Assembly: GCA_964247055.1 (NCBI GenBank)
Contig: OZ176050.1
Coordinates: forward strand, 3,038,001-3,102,000
Direction: 5' to 3'
DNA from: Paragordius varius
Lineage: Eukaryota > Animalia > Nematomorpha
Length of the DNA stretch: 64,000 nt
Shown: piece after piece, positions 26,189-40,500 of the stretch
Layout: the number at the start of each line of letters is the position of its first letter
Position numbering within the stretch: position 1 is the stretch's first letter
The notes under the pieces: generated by a model
The model's input: only the letters and a program-made list of their open reading frames with translations
Database searches by the model: none
What the model was told of the DNA's origin: nothing
Made by a program: the position numbers and the translations under genes

Positions 26189-27921
26189 ATTTAGAGTATA
26201 ATCTCAAAATACCCCCTATAAATATAGCAACATATTAAAGTTTATAAAACGCCCAATGTAGTTACAATAAAAATACTTAAAAAAGCGCTTTTGGTAATAT
26301 CAACGTAAAAACTTTCTCATCTGTAAGTAATGCTTGACAGACGTACCAGATTAGGGCCTAAAATCAGATGAAAAGAAACAATAAATTAATCAATTAAATA
26401 TTATGCAGGGCATACACATATCACTCTACTAAATGAAAATATCTTATTCAAAAAGAGCCACAAATATTTTGACCAAAGTTATGTGATAATTGTTAAATTT
26501 TTACAAAATTTAAAAAACACTGACTGTGAAAAATTTAAAAATTTGGGGATGGTTGGTATTTTAACAGTTTTACGTTTCTTTTACTATTATTATACATGTA
26601 TGATAATAATTTATGTTTTAATTCATATTTAAATTTATACTATTATATCAGCATTTTGAGGGCTGTTCGTTATTTGAATGTACACTTTTGTGGTGTTTAA
26701 CCCGTAAAAATTTAGGCATTAAAGGAAAACATTTACAATCATACTGATTTCAATTTTCTGGGAAATATTTATCACGTGTCATAGTATCATGCGTTTATTT
26801 GACACCATTTGAACAAAGTAAATGTAAAGTAGCTTGATTTGTATAGAAATCTATTAAAATGCGGCTTTTCGAATTCTAATCACTGTTTTCAGCCACCAAA
26901 GCTATAAAAAATTATTCCAATCAAGATTGGTAGACCACAAAAAAGTAATTACGACCACACCTATTTCATTGTCAGTCATATATATCACCAATCCTTAAAG
27001 TTTTAGATCTTGTTACCTTAATAATTTTTTATCAACATGCTAATTTATACTATCTTAACTTGTTTCAAAACCTGTAGAAATTTTAATTTTTTTATGATTT
27101 TTCGGCGTTTTTAACTAATTAACTATGTGCGTCTGTGAGCTAAATTAAGACCTCTTGCTATGATAATGAAATCAGATTTTTTATTTTTTTCAAAGTTGTT
27201 AATTCGAACATTGCGCTTAAGGCACCTGGGAAACCCAGTGGAATGTTATCTCTAAATTTTATTAATTCGAAATTTAAAAGTGGCCAATTTTTGCATAAGT
27301 TTATTTTCCTAGCAAAATTGGCCATAATTAATATGGAATAACTTGCTGAAGAACGAAAACAGCCTATATTTTTTATGTTGCTATTTTCTGCATATCACAT
27401 ATTCGATTAACGATTAAGAAAAAACATTGTAAATTCGATTTCACAAAAGACTAGCCATGGCATTTTATCAAAGAGCTTTTTAAAAAAACAAATTTATATT
27501 AACTTTGCATGCCCATCATTTCCATTTTCAACCTGCATAACCCAAAAGGATTATTCCTTTTCTTGTTAAAAATGTTTAGACTTTACTTATATATATATAT
27601 TATAAATTAAATGTCTTTTTATCCAATACTTTTTTAAATATAAAGCGCTCTTCGGAAAGATAGTGTTAAATTATTATTAAATTTTAATTTTGCGTATTGG
27701 CCTAGTAAGAGTGTGGGTTAATCCATCAGAATTCAATACAAACAACTAGACAATTTTATTAATATTAATCCTGCACGGTTTAGTTTATTTTATTAAAGCA
27801 ATATGCTTTAAAGGGAGATAGAAATTGATTTTATTAAAATTATTGATAAACAATAGGGTAGTCAAAATTACTAAGTGCTAAGTAGTTCCCATGGATTTAG
27901 AGGGATTTGGAGAATTCAAAC

Positions 27922-28079
27922 CAAAAATAAAATTAGAAACAAATTAAAGGTAAAGTGAAAAATAGATTTGTCACCGATATGGAAAAAATATTCCAACAAA
28001 AAATAAAATTAGAAACAAATTGAAGTTAAAGTGCAAAATATCAAGAATTGTCACCGATATGGAAAAAATATTCCAACAA
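27922..28079. repeat. Tandem duplication, two copies of ~75-80 bp
   Basis: AAAAATAAAATTAGAAACAAATT...TTGTCACCGATATGGAAAAAATATTCCAAC occurs twice head to tail. Confidence 0.85.
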
Positions 28080-28646
28080 TTACAGATACTGTTTTTTATA
28101 ATATTGCATTTTCGTCTTTGTTTTTTTGGAGCATGTTGGACACTTCTGGTTTATGGGCTAAATTATCATATATAATATTAAATATTTGTACATATTCGTT
28201 TAAATACTCATTGACACTTTTTTAAAAAATAAAATATGGGATAAATTTTTAAAAGGTTAGAAAATATAATAAAAAATTAACCATAGACAAATATATCCAA
28301 AATTTAATATGAGTTATATTAGCTCATTAATTCATATTTATTTTTAGGGTGAAAAAGGGGAATTCGAAACTAAATCAGGTTTTGATATGTTAAACAATAT
28401 ATTAGGGTGTATCTTAGGTATATATGGATATTAATATAAATATATGTCTATCAATTTTTAAATTTTCAGTTTATATCGATATCGCCTTCATAATGTTGAA
28501 TGAGAAGCAATTCTAAACTACATTGTGTACCAGAGTTCAACCATTAACCCATCATCACTGTTAATTGGCCCTGAGCAATGTTAAAGCGTTGACAAGTCCT
28601 GATACATAGGTCCTTACCATTTAATAAAAAGGAATGAATATATATA

Positions 28647-29236
28647 CCATTTGCACTTCAAGAGGGTCCTTGAACACTTCAAGTTGGTCCTTGAACATTT
28701 CAAGTTGGTCCTTGAACATTTCAAATTGGTCCTTGAACACTTCAAGTTGGTCCTTTGATTTTTTTGTTTTGTTTTTAACTTTTACCAATCAAATCGTAAA
28801 TAATTATCTATATTATTGTTTTTAACCTATATTTCTATTATTTAACATAAATTTAAATCGATATAACTTTTAATCTTTGAGAAACCGTATATCTTTATTA
28901 GTTCTTAAAATAATTTTGGATATTTATAAGATTTTAACACGAAATAAAAATGTATATAAGTTTTCTGGGTAATTAATTACAATTTTTAATTATAAACATT
29001 TAAAAGTTAATATTATTGTTGAATTGAAAAAAATAGTTTGAAACAAAGTGGTTTTTCAATAAAATTTTTTATTTTTAAATGAATAAATATATTATAAATA
29101 AAGAAAATTAGGTTAATAAATAATAAAATAAAAAAATAAATGCAAAATTGGTAAATTAAATCTTAAAAATTTTAAGGACCAACTTGAAGTGTTCAAGGAC
29201 CAACTTGAACTGTTTAAGGACACTCTTGAAGTGCAA

Positions 29237-29239
<3 letters not shown>
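28647..29239. repeat. Foldback-like element B with 21-bp modular inverted arms
   Basis: Left arm CATTTGCACTTCAAGAG plus tandem GGTCCTTGAACA(C/T)TTCAAGTT units (28647-28754). The right arm is its reverse complement (29174-29239). Both ends abut TA repeats. Confidence 0.8.

Positions 29240-29293
<54 letters not shown>
29240..29293. repeat. (TA)n microsatellite
   Basis: Pure TA run. Others at ~9392-9410, 15557-15584, 21114-21142, 23761-23797, 57991-58024. Confidence 0.95.
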
Positions 29294-29297
<4 letters not shown>

Positions 29298-31593
29298 TCT
29301 TTTGAATTATGCACAGATTGGTATTTCAGAGAAACAAAATTTATTAAGCGACTTCCTAATATTACAAATTTTAATTTATTTATACTTAGATAAGAGAATA
29401 TAAGTTATATGTATTCACGATATCCTTCTTCCCGCATTTGCAATGCCTATGATGACAGTTGTGGTTATCGAAGCCCTTTATGTCAAAAACTGCATGTATT
29501 ATGTCCTTTCGGTCACACCAGTACAGTAACCCTAACTTCGGGTAAATTATTATATAATATTTCAATTTGTAAAATATTTTAGCTTTAATGTAGTGTATCA
29601 TTTACCGATTTTGAGATGGATTTAAATTAATATTTTTACACTATAAATAATGTATTTTAATGTTATATTTAAAAACATATTGCAATAAATAGACTAAAAT
29701 TTCATATTTATGTATGATTATATATTGAAAATAATGCATCATACCTTTGCTCATATGTATAATCTATGAAAAATTTTGATACCGTCCAACATTTACCAAA
29801 AAAATTATGAAAAAAATTACAATCGAAAATTTAGGATTAATTGAAAGTTATATTATCCAAAATTGAGCTCAAAATAAAAAAACCAAATTTATCAAAGCAG
29901 CCGCGAAGATTTTTGTGTTGGACACCCCCTGATTTAACGAAAATTGTCGGTCAAAAGTTTGAGCAAAAACTTTTTTCAAATTTAAGAATATTTTTTGTAT
30001 AATAAGGCCATAGGATGCACAGTTTTAAATTTTGTCCAAGATCATACTTAAAAATCACTTTTATTTGAAATCGTCCTGGGGAATACCCCAATAACTATAG
30101 AAATTGATTATCGATAGAAAGATATGGATTACATAATCTAGACATTGAAATATTTATTTGTTGAGAAACCAATTATGGCATTTTTAAATTTTGTAATATT
30201 TTAATGAAGCCAAAATTTTAAAAATAGCGAATAATTAAATTAAATATTTAACTGAAAAACATATATATTAATGTATTTGAGTTATCATATTTTGTGATAA
30301 ATTTTTTAGTATTTAAATAATAATTTTTCTTTTAAAACAAATCAATTTTTAATTTTATCAGGTCTTAAACATAAAATTAGTTGAAAGTTGATTTTTAGAT
30401 ACTTTATTAAATAAAATTTTAATCACAACCCATTTAAAGTGCCAGCAATATATTTATAAGGCTTCCTACTGTTAACTTGTCATTTTCCGATATTTACACA
30501 ACACATGTAGTTAATAATGATTATTATAATTAATAAATATTATATTAATTAATTGGAAAACATAGCAGGTAAAACATATTTTTCCGTTTTTTTTGTTTTA
30601 TCTTTACCGATACAAAATTTATATACTGAATTTCCCTCCACAAAATCATTTTTTCAATGTAAAATTATTCGAATTCCTTAAAAACGCGGATCCTTATGAG
30701 AGGTATTTTTAGTTAGTTAGTCGATTAAACAAATATTAATTGACAGAATTTTAATACACAATAAATTTTCAAAATACAAATGTATTAAATTAGATACCGT
30801 TTAGTATGAATTAGTCAACAAAAATATAAGTTATAACCTAATTGTTATGCCTACATTTTTTGACAAAATATATTAAATGAAAATTTTTAACTTTAAAAAT
30901 CTGTTCTCCTAATTAAATTATAGATAATTTTAAACTCCCATCTATTAAAAATTTTATCGCTTTTTCAAAAAATGCTAATGTCTTTACAAGGTCATTTTGA
31001 ATTAAAAAAACTGTTTTATACTTAAAAGTCAATCATATCCACAATCATTTAAAGAAAAGATCATTTAGATTATTTTGCCTGCAAATTATTCAAACACACT
31101 AATTGTGAATCCTTAAGAAGTGGTTTAGATACTAATGTTAAAATATTTTATTTATCATTACATAACAATATATACGTATAGGTTATATAGGTAAAAACTG
31201 GATAATTTACCTAAAATCGATATTTTTTTATGATTTATAGATAGTATACTTAGGAATAAAAAACGAAATTGATTTATATATGTTACAAAAAGCTGTTCAT
31301 TACCTAAAGATTAATAATAAGCTCTTCTTTTCCTTACCTATACTTCCAGAAATTTCATTGTGTGCACAATTATTGGATGATATGTAAGAATAATGAATAA
31401 AACGCGATACAATAGGCAGCCTTTATATCATTGTAAGGTTTTGTGTATGGATATCGAAATGAAATTTAATGATTTCCTAGTATATCATTTTTAAAAATTT
31501 ATATCCTTTTTGCTTTAATCGAAATATATTATCCTTCCTTAGCGATGATATTGGAATTTTCTGGGCTTTTCATTATTTATTGACTATTTTTGA

Positions 31594-34500
31594 GACAACG
31601 AATTTTACAAACACAACAGCATTCTGGAGTCGTTTTTAGATTTAAAATCTGCCCTGGAGTCGGCAGAAAAGAAATATCATAGGGATAAGAAAAAAAGTTT
31701 ATCGACAAACTCGTTATATTCACCCGATGATATAATTAATCGTATAACTTGTGATCCGTTGGATACGGCTACTCATTCCTCCACTAATTTGCATGAAATG
31801 TTAAATTCGAAAGATTTTTCGCAAGGTTTTTATCAAAAATTTTGATACCAATGTATAATAAATATCAATCAATATAACTTTTATAGAACAATGCGTTACG
31901 GTTGAAACATTTTTGGATCAAAATCCGTCGTTTCTACGCGCCTACGTCCTAAATCACATTGATCTCAAAACACTGAGAGAATGGGAATTGGTTATGATGT
32001 CAACCAGCTCACCATATGTTACCAAAACTCCAAAATCTCCTACTGATAGTCAGGCCCTTGATAAAACATATCCAACAGATTCTCAACAAATTTCTACAAC
32101 AGAACTTATGTCCCATCAACCGACCATTAGCCCAGGGGGAAGTTTCAAAGATAAATACCAGCATCATATGTTAAGAGCTAAAAGTATGAATGTTACCATG
32201 GACCATACACATTACAACAATAACGTCATTAATAAAGGTTCTTTTCCACAATAAACTTGTTTTTTATGGAATAAAATGTTTAATTTACAAGTCAAACCAG
32301 GGGTGTTCAAATTGCGGCCTGTGGGCAGCATGGAACCTCCAAAAAATTTTATTGACCGCGAAAAAATTTAAAAAAAAATATGCCCAATATTTTGATTTAG
32401 GAAATATCAATATAAAATTATTATTTACCTTAAAATACTATTTTTCAAAACATATTTATTCACATTTTATCTATCTCGTTTATACACCATTAATTCATAG
32501 ATAAAGGGTTATATGGCCTTTTATTATGATTATTTTTTTTAATGGGGCTTGCCGTTTTTTTCGAGGTGAAAATGCGGCCCGCAAAACCATTTGTGTTGGA
32601 CATCCCTGGGATAACATATTTAAATTACATGTATTTTCGATAATTTAATTTTACAAGATATATTTTTACCGATGAATGTATTGAGCTGCGCAATAATTTT
32701 TTTATAATTAAATTTGTCAAATATCAAAAGCAATTGGAAGCATTTTTAGAATTAAGATTTATTCTTTTGTTAATATTTGATTATTGCCGCTAACATTTGA
32801 TATATATTATGGAAAAGACAATTACCTTTTAAGTTAAATAACACCTGTAACGTGAAAAAAAAGTTTAATTTATTTTAGTGAATTTTCATCGTGTATACAT
32901 TGAAATCAAAAATTTTATATTGGACATATAAACAATGTATATAAAATTTTGACTACCAGTTGCAAAATCGTAATATAAATAATAGGCAATTATTTCCTGA
33001 GCTTTATCGATACAGCTCATAAATATCTTCATGATCACACATTGTATATAATTATAAGATATATTTAGACATTTTTATTGTTTAATATTATCATGCAATT
33101 TAACAAAATAACCATTGACTCGATATTCTGTGTAGAATTGAAGACGGCTCATCATGGTTTACGGAAAAATTTATTATATCGAGATACGGAACCGCGGGTA
33201 AATATTTTCATTTTATTTTCAAAAAAAAATTTTAACGACAAACGAATTGACATAAAAATATCATGCATTTTTATGAACTTAATATTTTCTGTATTAAAAA
33301 AATTTATTACACCTATGTATCAAGTCTTTTAACATTGTCGTTTTGCTCGTTTTGGTACAATTTTATATTCATAAATGGAGGGATATTATATGTTTGCGAA
33401 AACAAATTAAGACAATTAGAATTAATTTTAAATAAGTAAAAATTTTAAACGAACCCATGTCGTGCGCCGGCGTAAGTTAAACGATAACCTCTATTAGCGA
33501 ATCGGTTTGATAAAATAATTCGGTATGTAGTTTAATATTTGATCCATTTAATTATGGTAAGTTAAACTATTGCAGATAAAACACCTCGAAGATTTGATAA
33601 CTACAATGCCCTAATTATGAGTATTATTAAGTATCAAATAAAATCTTATAAAATTGTTATATATTTTAATAATTTGCAAAGTGAATAAAGCATTTCGGAT
33701 GGCTTACATTTTAAGAAATTAAAAAGATTAAATTTTAGTAAATGATAACAAAAATAAGTTTAAATCTTTTTATGACTGAATTTGCCCAACTTTAGTTAGC
33801 TTTACTCCTTTGTGACGGTCTTTTCATCCTTTATTTCTTCCTATCATAGACCAAGCCTAGCGGTTAAAAAGACGTTAAGATATAATAAGCTTAATTCTGT
33901 TGCAGCTTTTCGGAACATTTAATTTTATGCTTTTTTGGTCCCGCCTCAAGGTCCTATTAAATAATCATAAATTTCAATTACATTCCCTAAAATTTGGGTT
34001 TTGATAATATAATAATATGCAGGAGTGGGAATGCCCATGATTTATAACTCTTAGCTGTTTATTTAGCAGTAATTATTTAATTGGACGATGATATTTAATT
34101 GTGTAAAATAATATCGAAGTCAGGAAATTCAAATTTTTTTGATAATACTGACAATATAGGAGATTGAAGACGTGTAAAAATATTATCAATTAAATTATTT
34201 AAACATTATATAAATTGTTGCTTATTATATAAATTTTCTAGATATGTTCTTTGATAGGTATTTATAAATAATATGGATAAGTTGCAAACGGTCATCAAAG
34301 AAGTGGATGCTAATGATGTTAACGTACTACTCTACCAACTAATTAGTTCCATATCCAGGGGTATTTTTCTAAAATCATTTCTCAGATTCTATAAAAATAA
34401 AAGATTTAATACTAATTTATGTATAAATTTTTAATCTTATAGTTATTGATGCCAGTTTAGCCAATCTTTACATAGTATTACCTGGTGGTGATGTAAGTCC

Positions 34501-37500
34501 AAATCAATTTGAAGATTTAATTAATTTTTTAATAAAAAAAATTTTAAAATATTAACGAATGACCATATATTTTTTGTTGTATAGAGATTGGAACATAAAT
34601 TTAGTCATGGAAACTTTCACAAGTAATATTTCCTTTTATATATAACCTTATATTGATCAAATGGTAAATGAATTTAATCCCTTAATCTAATAGGGTAAAG
34701 ATACCAATCCAAAATATTGCGGAAAAGAAAACGGCGGCAGCTTATTCTGCTTTTACGAAACAAACTATTTTAATTGCCAAATACTCTCCTATGGTAAGAT
34801 TTATAGGTTATATTATTGAATTTATATTTATTTTATGGAACCAAATACTAACATTTTGGTTTCAGATTGGTTGTAGTCACCAAAAATTTTTTAGACCATT
34901 TCAGTTTTTTGAATTGCTTTTTAAGACAAAAAGAAATTTTTAGGGAATATTATTATCAATTATCTACAAAATAAATTTGGGTAGATTGATGATCGGTTCC
35001 CTCAAGGCGCCAATGATGAATTGTATGAGAGGGATATAAGTTCTGTGCTTGTACAACCTATCATTTCCCAACACGAAGAAGTCTTAGGTATTTTATTGAT
35101 CCAAATAAAATAAGCGAAATATTTTTATAAGCCTCATCCATAGACATTTTATATAATAATTATATAGTTTAACTTTAATTATTGGTTTAAGGGGTTTCTA
35201 ACACGAGTCGAGATATTGTCCCCGAAAATAAAAAATTAAAACAAATCTCACATTTTAAAAAATATACTCAGAAAATCTTAGCAAAATTGATATATCTTAA
35301 GGAAATTTGTAATAAGTCTTTGCGATTGGCAGTGATATGGTGAAATAAATAGTTTTGCCATTTTGTCAGTCCTATTGTATGTCAATAAAATATAATTAAA
35401 GCCCCCCTCTATATCTATCGGGCCCGTAAAATGATATTGAACATCCCTGGTTTAAAGATCATTTAAAATAGTTAATAGTAAAGTCTTGTTCTAGTCTAAA
35501 TTGTAATATAAATTTTTTTATTCACCAATTTAGGGCCATCTCCTATGACTAATACTTATTCTATTTACCGTATTTATTTAATATTTATGAATTGTTATTA
35601 GGCGTTATGGAATTCCTCAAATTCTCACAAAACATTCAACCCTTCATTGATTATGACATTGAAGTATAAATTATAATTCTTGATTACGAAGTTTTGATGT
35701 TTTACAATGTTGCAATTCATAAATTTTTGCCTATTTTTTTAGATCGTCGGTACTACCATTCTGTTTGGTATCATATCCTTGCATTATTTGCAGGTAATTT
35801 TTTTCAAAATTTTAATTTTAAATTTTACTTTTTTTTCATTTATTTTAGACATTTAAATTATATATTAAATTATTGATTTTTATTTTTGTCAAAAAAAAAT
35901 TAAATACAGATCAATAAAACGCTCCTTCAACAGAAACGACTGAATGAATTTCTACTCAAGGTCACAAGGTAGTTTAAATTTTATTTTTATTATTCTCCTT
36001 TTTTTCAAAAAACAATTATGGCAATTAAATATCAAATTAAATTTGATTTTTTATATATTTCTATTATTTTGTAATTAAATTTGTTTTTAGCTCCATTTTT
36101 CAGGATATGGAAAGTATTGCAACACTCATCTTCAAAATAATGGTAAATATTTGATATCAGAAAATAAAGATTATTTAACTTTTATAAACTAAGTTTTCTA
36201 CTAAAATGGTAGTTTTTATATTATATAATTAAAAATATAAAAAAAACGTTAACTGAAAAAATATGGCCACTAAATGTCATTTTTTAAATTTAGTTTTCAT
36301 TACTTGTCGCCTTAGAGTGTTGAGACATTTCTTATATGGATGTATTTTTATTATATGCCATATTTCACCTCAATAAACCAGAAAAATTTTTTTATAATGA
36401 TATAAAAATTTCAAAAAAATATAATTTTTTAAGAAATTCGGTCGAAAATTGGTTAATGCAGACAGGGCATCTCTCTTCCTATTAGATCGACAAAATCAAG
36501 AATTATATGCCAGTATATTTGATGTTGGCAGTTCCCACAGCGAAACTGAAGTAGTCCCCATAGAAAAAGAAAAAATAAAGTTAAATATATATATAAATAA
36601 ATAATTTTTTCTAAAAAATATTTCTTTCAAAGTGTTTTTATATGCTATCATTTATATTTTATTAAACAGATTTCCAATTGGCACCGGGATAGCTGGTAGT
36701 GTGGCTTCCACTGGTCAAATAGAAAATATAAAGAATGCATATGCTGATGAAAGATTTAATCGGTTAATAAAATTTTAGCTTTAATTAGCCGTACCCAACT
36801 ATTTTAAGATTTAGTAGTATTGCAGCAATGTTTTATAAATAATTATAAAAAAATAAAATGAGCAAGATATATAGTTTATTCTGTTTTTCTCCAGGGATAA
36901 AAACAAAAACGTACAAGCAAAACCACGGTCACCCTAGGATCTGAAAAAAAATCATTTTTTCATTTTTAAAACATGTTAACCTCTTTTATGGTTTTTTATT
37001 TTATTTAAATCACTAAATTTAAGATTTTTTAATTAGGAGCCTAAAAAATTTGGCATAAATTTTAAGCTAGTGAATCAATACTAACTCTAAATATTTAAAA
37101 TAATATAGGCGTCAATTTATGAAAATAAAATTAAAATCAAATTAATTTTTTGGTAAAAATATTTCCGGATCTGGTAATACCACAATAATTTTATTGTAAA
37201 ATAATCGGTTTCTAGACCCTAAAAATTTCTTTTTAAATTCTAATCCTTGTTTCACCCATGGATTTTAATTAAGTTACCTATTATTTTTATTGTAATCGAT
37301 GTTTTTAAATTATAGAAATGTAGATATTATGACAGGGTATCACACAAAAACCATCCTATGCATGCCAATATACATCCGAAAAGAGTATCTATTTATTTTA
37401 TTAAAATTTTTTTAATTAAAGAAATAATTTTTTTTTGATTTAGAGTAAAAATTTAAATTATACGGACAAAACGTAAAAATATAAAGACAATTTTTTTTAA

Positions 37501-40500
37501 AATGACAACCCTACTTTTTAAACCTTAATTTATCCTAAAAATCAATCAATTATAATTGTAAAGTACATAATTGATTGAGTTACAAATTCATAATTTTATT
37601 TTATTTGTAGTTCAAACCAATGAGTTATATTTGAATAAATCCATGATTTAAAATATGTTGCTTTAAAAAAAATATTTGTTTTTAAATTTTACGTTTTGTC
37701 TGTATAATATCAATTTTTACTGTATGTCCGTTTTAAAATTATAATTAAATAAATATATTTTTGATAGGATAATTGGTGTCATGCAAATGGTGAATAAAAA
37801 AGACGGGACTTTTAACCAAACTGATGAGAAAAACTTTGAAGCTTTTGCCATTTACTGCGGTCTTGCTTTATATCATGCACAAGTTCATATTCACTAATTT
37901 TTAATTCTATAAATTAATTATTTCTGATTAAACAAATATATATATTTTAATAATAAAACTGCTTTAGTTGTATGAAAAAATTTACCGGTCTGAAAAAAAG
38001 TATAAAGTTGCAATGGAAGTACTATCTTATCACATAACAGCTAGCCAGGAGGAAGTTGAAAAGCTTGTTATAAAAGATACTTTACCTGACGGGATAACAC
38101 CCGAAGAAATTAATAAGTAAATAATAAATTGCATATATACTGATAGCTTAATTATATTATCCGTTTTTAAATTAATATTGACCACTAAATAATTGAAAAC
38201 ATCGACAATTCATTTATATTTAAAGGGTAAAAGCTAATATCTGATTGCTTGCAAACCCATGAGCTTATGATTATATCAGGGGTTTAACACGCGACTCTAC
38301 GAAATATATCTTCAGACGCCAATAACTGATTAAGTCTTTAGGGAAATTAACTATTTTTTAATTATTTGTAAATTATGTTTGTCCAATAAATATTAATTGA
38401 TGGCCATATATTTTGCGAATGCGGCCCGCGGACCCATTTGTGTTGGGCATCCTGTATTCCTTTAAATTAATTAAATTTGCAGTATTGTTTGAGCTGATAG
38501 AAATAAGGTTTTGAAAATATATGCCCCTATAAAATACTATATGGCAGGGCTTCTTAAACTTTTGTAGTTCCCGACCCCATTTATGATTGTGAGTTTCTTA
38601 ACAACTTCAACAAATATAAAAGAAAAATAGTTTTTTCGAAATAACACTTAGAAATTTTGTTGATAATATTCAAGATTATATCGGTTTTGAGAGATTGATA
38701 AAAATAAATCTTTTTTATAAATTTCCATAAAATTTTCTGTTTTATAGTAAATTAATACAAGATACTAGCTTGCCCTGTCACGCTTCGGTGTGGCGTAGTC
38801 TCACCGATAATTTTTCTTAATAATTTGCAATAAATATAGTTAATGGAGATAAAAAATAATAATAAACATATTTAATAAAAGAATTTATTCTATTACGGGT
38901 TTTTGTATAGGCTGAAATATTGTTTACTCGAAATCGACCATATTCTGTCCCTTATTAAAGTTAATATTCACTATCATTGAATTTATTTTAAGATTTTCGT
39001 TTTACGAAATCGTTGTCAAAAGTTCTAATTTGAAATTGTGTTCATACAGCTGGGATCAAGGGATATAAAAAGTAAATCATTTGTGGTCCCTTCTTAAAAG
39101 AAAGAATGATATTATACAAACTCCCCAGAAATGTGTTTAACTGAACTCGTATGGCTTCTTAAGTTTTTTGAAAATTAGCTCCAAAACTACGTCTGTTTAG
39201 TAGGGGGCTTAGTTTTAAACCGGTAGACCCCTACCCATAGACCTATATGGAAAAAGCGCTGAGTTAAATTCTTTGCCTTTATAGGGCAAATATTTAGAAT
39301 TATCTTTGATACCATCGTCTCATGGATTTCGAAAAAATATATATGATGATGTTTTAGGGTATAAAGACCCCAATTTAACGCCTAATAAAAAACCCGACCT
39401 TATCAAAAAATAAATGATTATGCTACCTTCGCACAGTCAAATTACCGCGGCTATTACTTAGTTACGGGTATTTCGAGCTTTTAATGAGCTCATATGGCTT
39501 CATAAATTTTCTGTAAATTAGCTCCAAAACAGCACAATTTCTATATAGTGGCGCAGTTTTAGCGGCTATCTGTTTACCCAGTAGCCAATATTAAAAAAAC
39601 GCAAGACTAATATTTTTGCCTTTTAACAGAGAATAACTCGAATTCTCAGTGAATTTTAACGGTCTCATACCCTGGGCAAAAAATTATTTAGTTTTTTTAA
39701 AAAAATGGCATTTTACGGGGGTACGGGTAAAAAGAGTGCCTAAATTAAAAAAGTAATCCGAATAGGTTCGGCGTAACCGAAAAAAAGTAAAAATAATCAT
39801 TTTTGAAATCGAGTACAACATGTTTTCTGGAAAATAGTCTCAAAGACACGATTTTTCCGGACTTCTGCTTTCAAAAAAGCCATTTTTTACACGGGGTGGG
39901 CCCGTACTGGGAGCCTAATTAAAAAATGGCGAAGTTATTGTTGGGGCATTCATTAATGATTATATTTTTTGACATTTGGATTTGAATGGGTCCACCGGTT
40001 TTCCGGAAACAGATCACAAAGCCAGCATTTTCCATTTTATAAATATATAGATTATAATGATCGGAATAGAAATGCTGGTATAAACCATCTTTCCGAACCA
40101 GAAAATTTTATGATATATTTATCTACGATGATTACTATTTTTCTTTATAACATTAATTTTACAAGTTAAAAAACATTTTTTGTTAAATTGTATTTTTATC
40201 ACTCGCGACCCTTTTGGGGTCGCGACTCATAGTTTAAGAAGCCCTTATGGTATTAGTATTAAGAATTTAAATTGTAGTCTTCCATCGCTGTTAAAAAATT
40301 AAATTATAACTCAATAATTTCTCAAATATAATTTATATTAAACTAAAAAAATTTCTGAAATTCTTTAATGATCTAGGATTAAGTTAGTTAGTCTCAATTC
40401 ACCATTAAAAAATCAAAAATATATGACAAAGATTTTAAATATTTCCAAAAAATATGATTTAAACAAATTATATATTTCTAGTTTCGATTTTGATCACGAT

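Noticed and set aside
26640-27600. Coding-like stretch with faint RT-like (KKLFDKMPW) or AAA-like (KGIILLG) words on the minus strand
   Set aside because: Motifs are not collinear enough to assign; needs a frameshift-aware search.
28348-28503. Two exon-like segments on + (GEKGEFETKSGFDMLNNILG...)
   Set aside because: Plausible splice sites but no homology and no link to a gene; could be UTR exons or chance.
22684-29239. 21-bp tandem units as a CRISPR array or heat-shock elements
   Set aside because: No spacers and a eukaryotic context; GAA and TTC are 3 nt apart rather than the 2 nt of an HSE.
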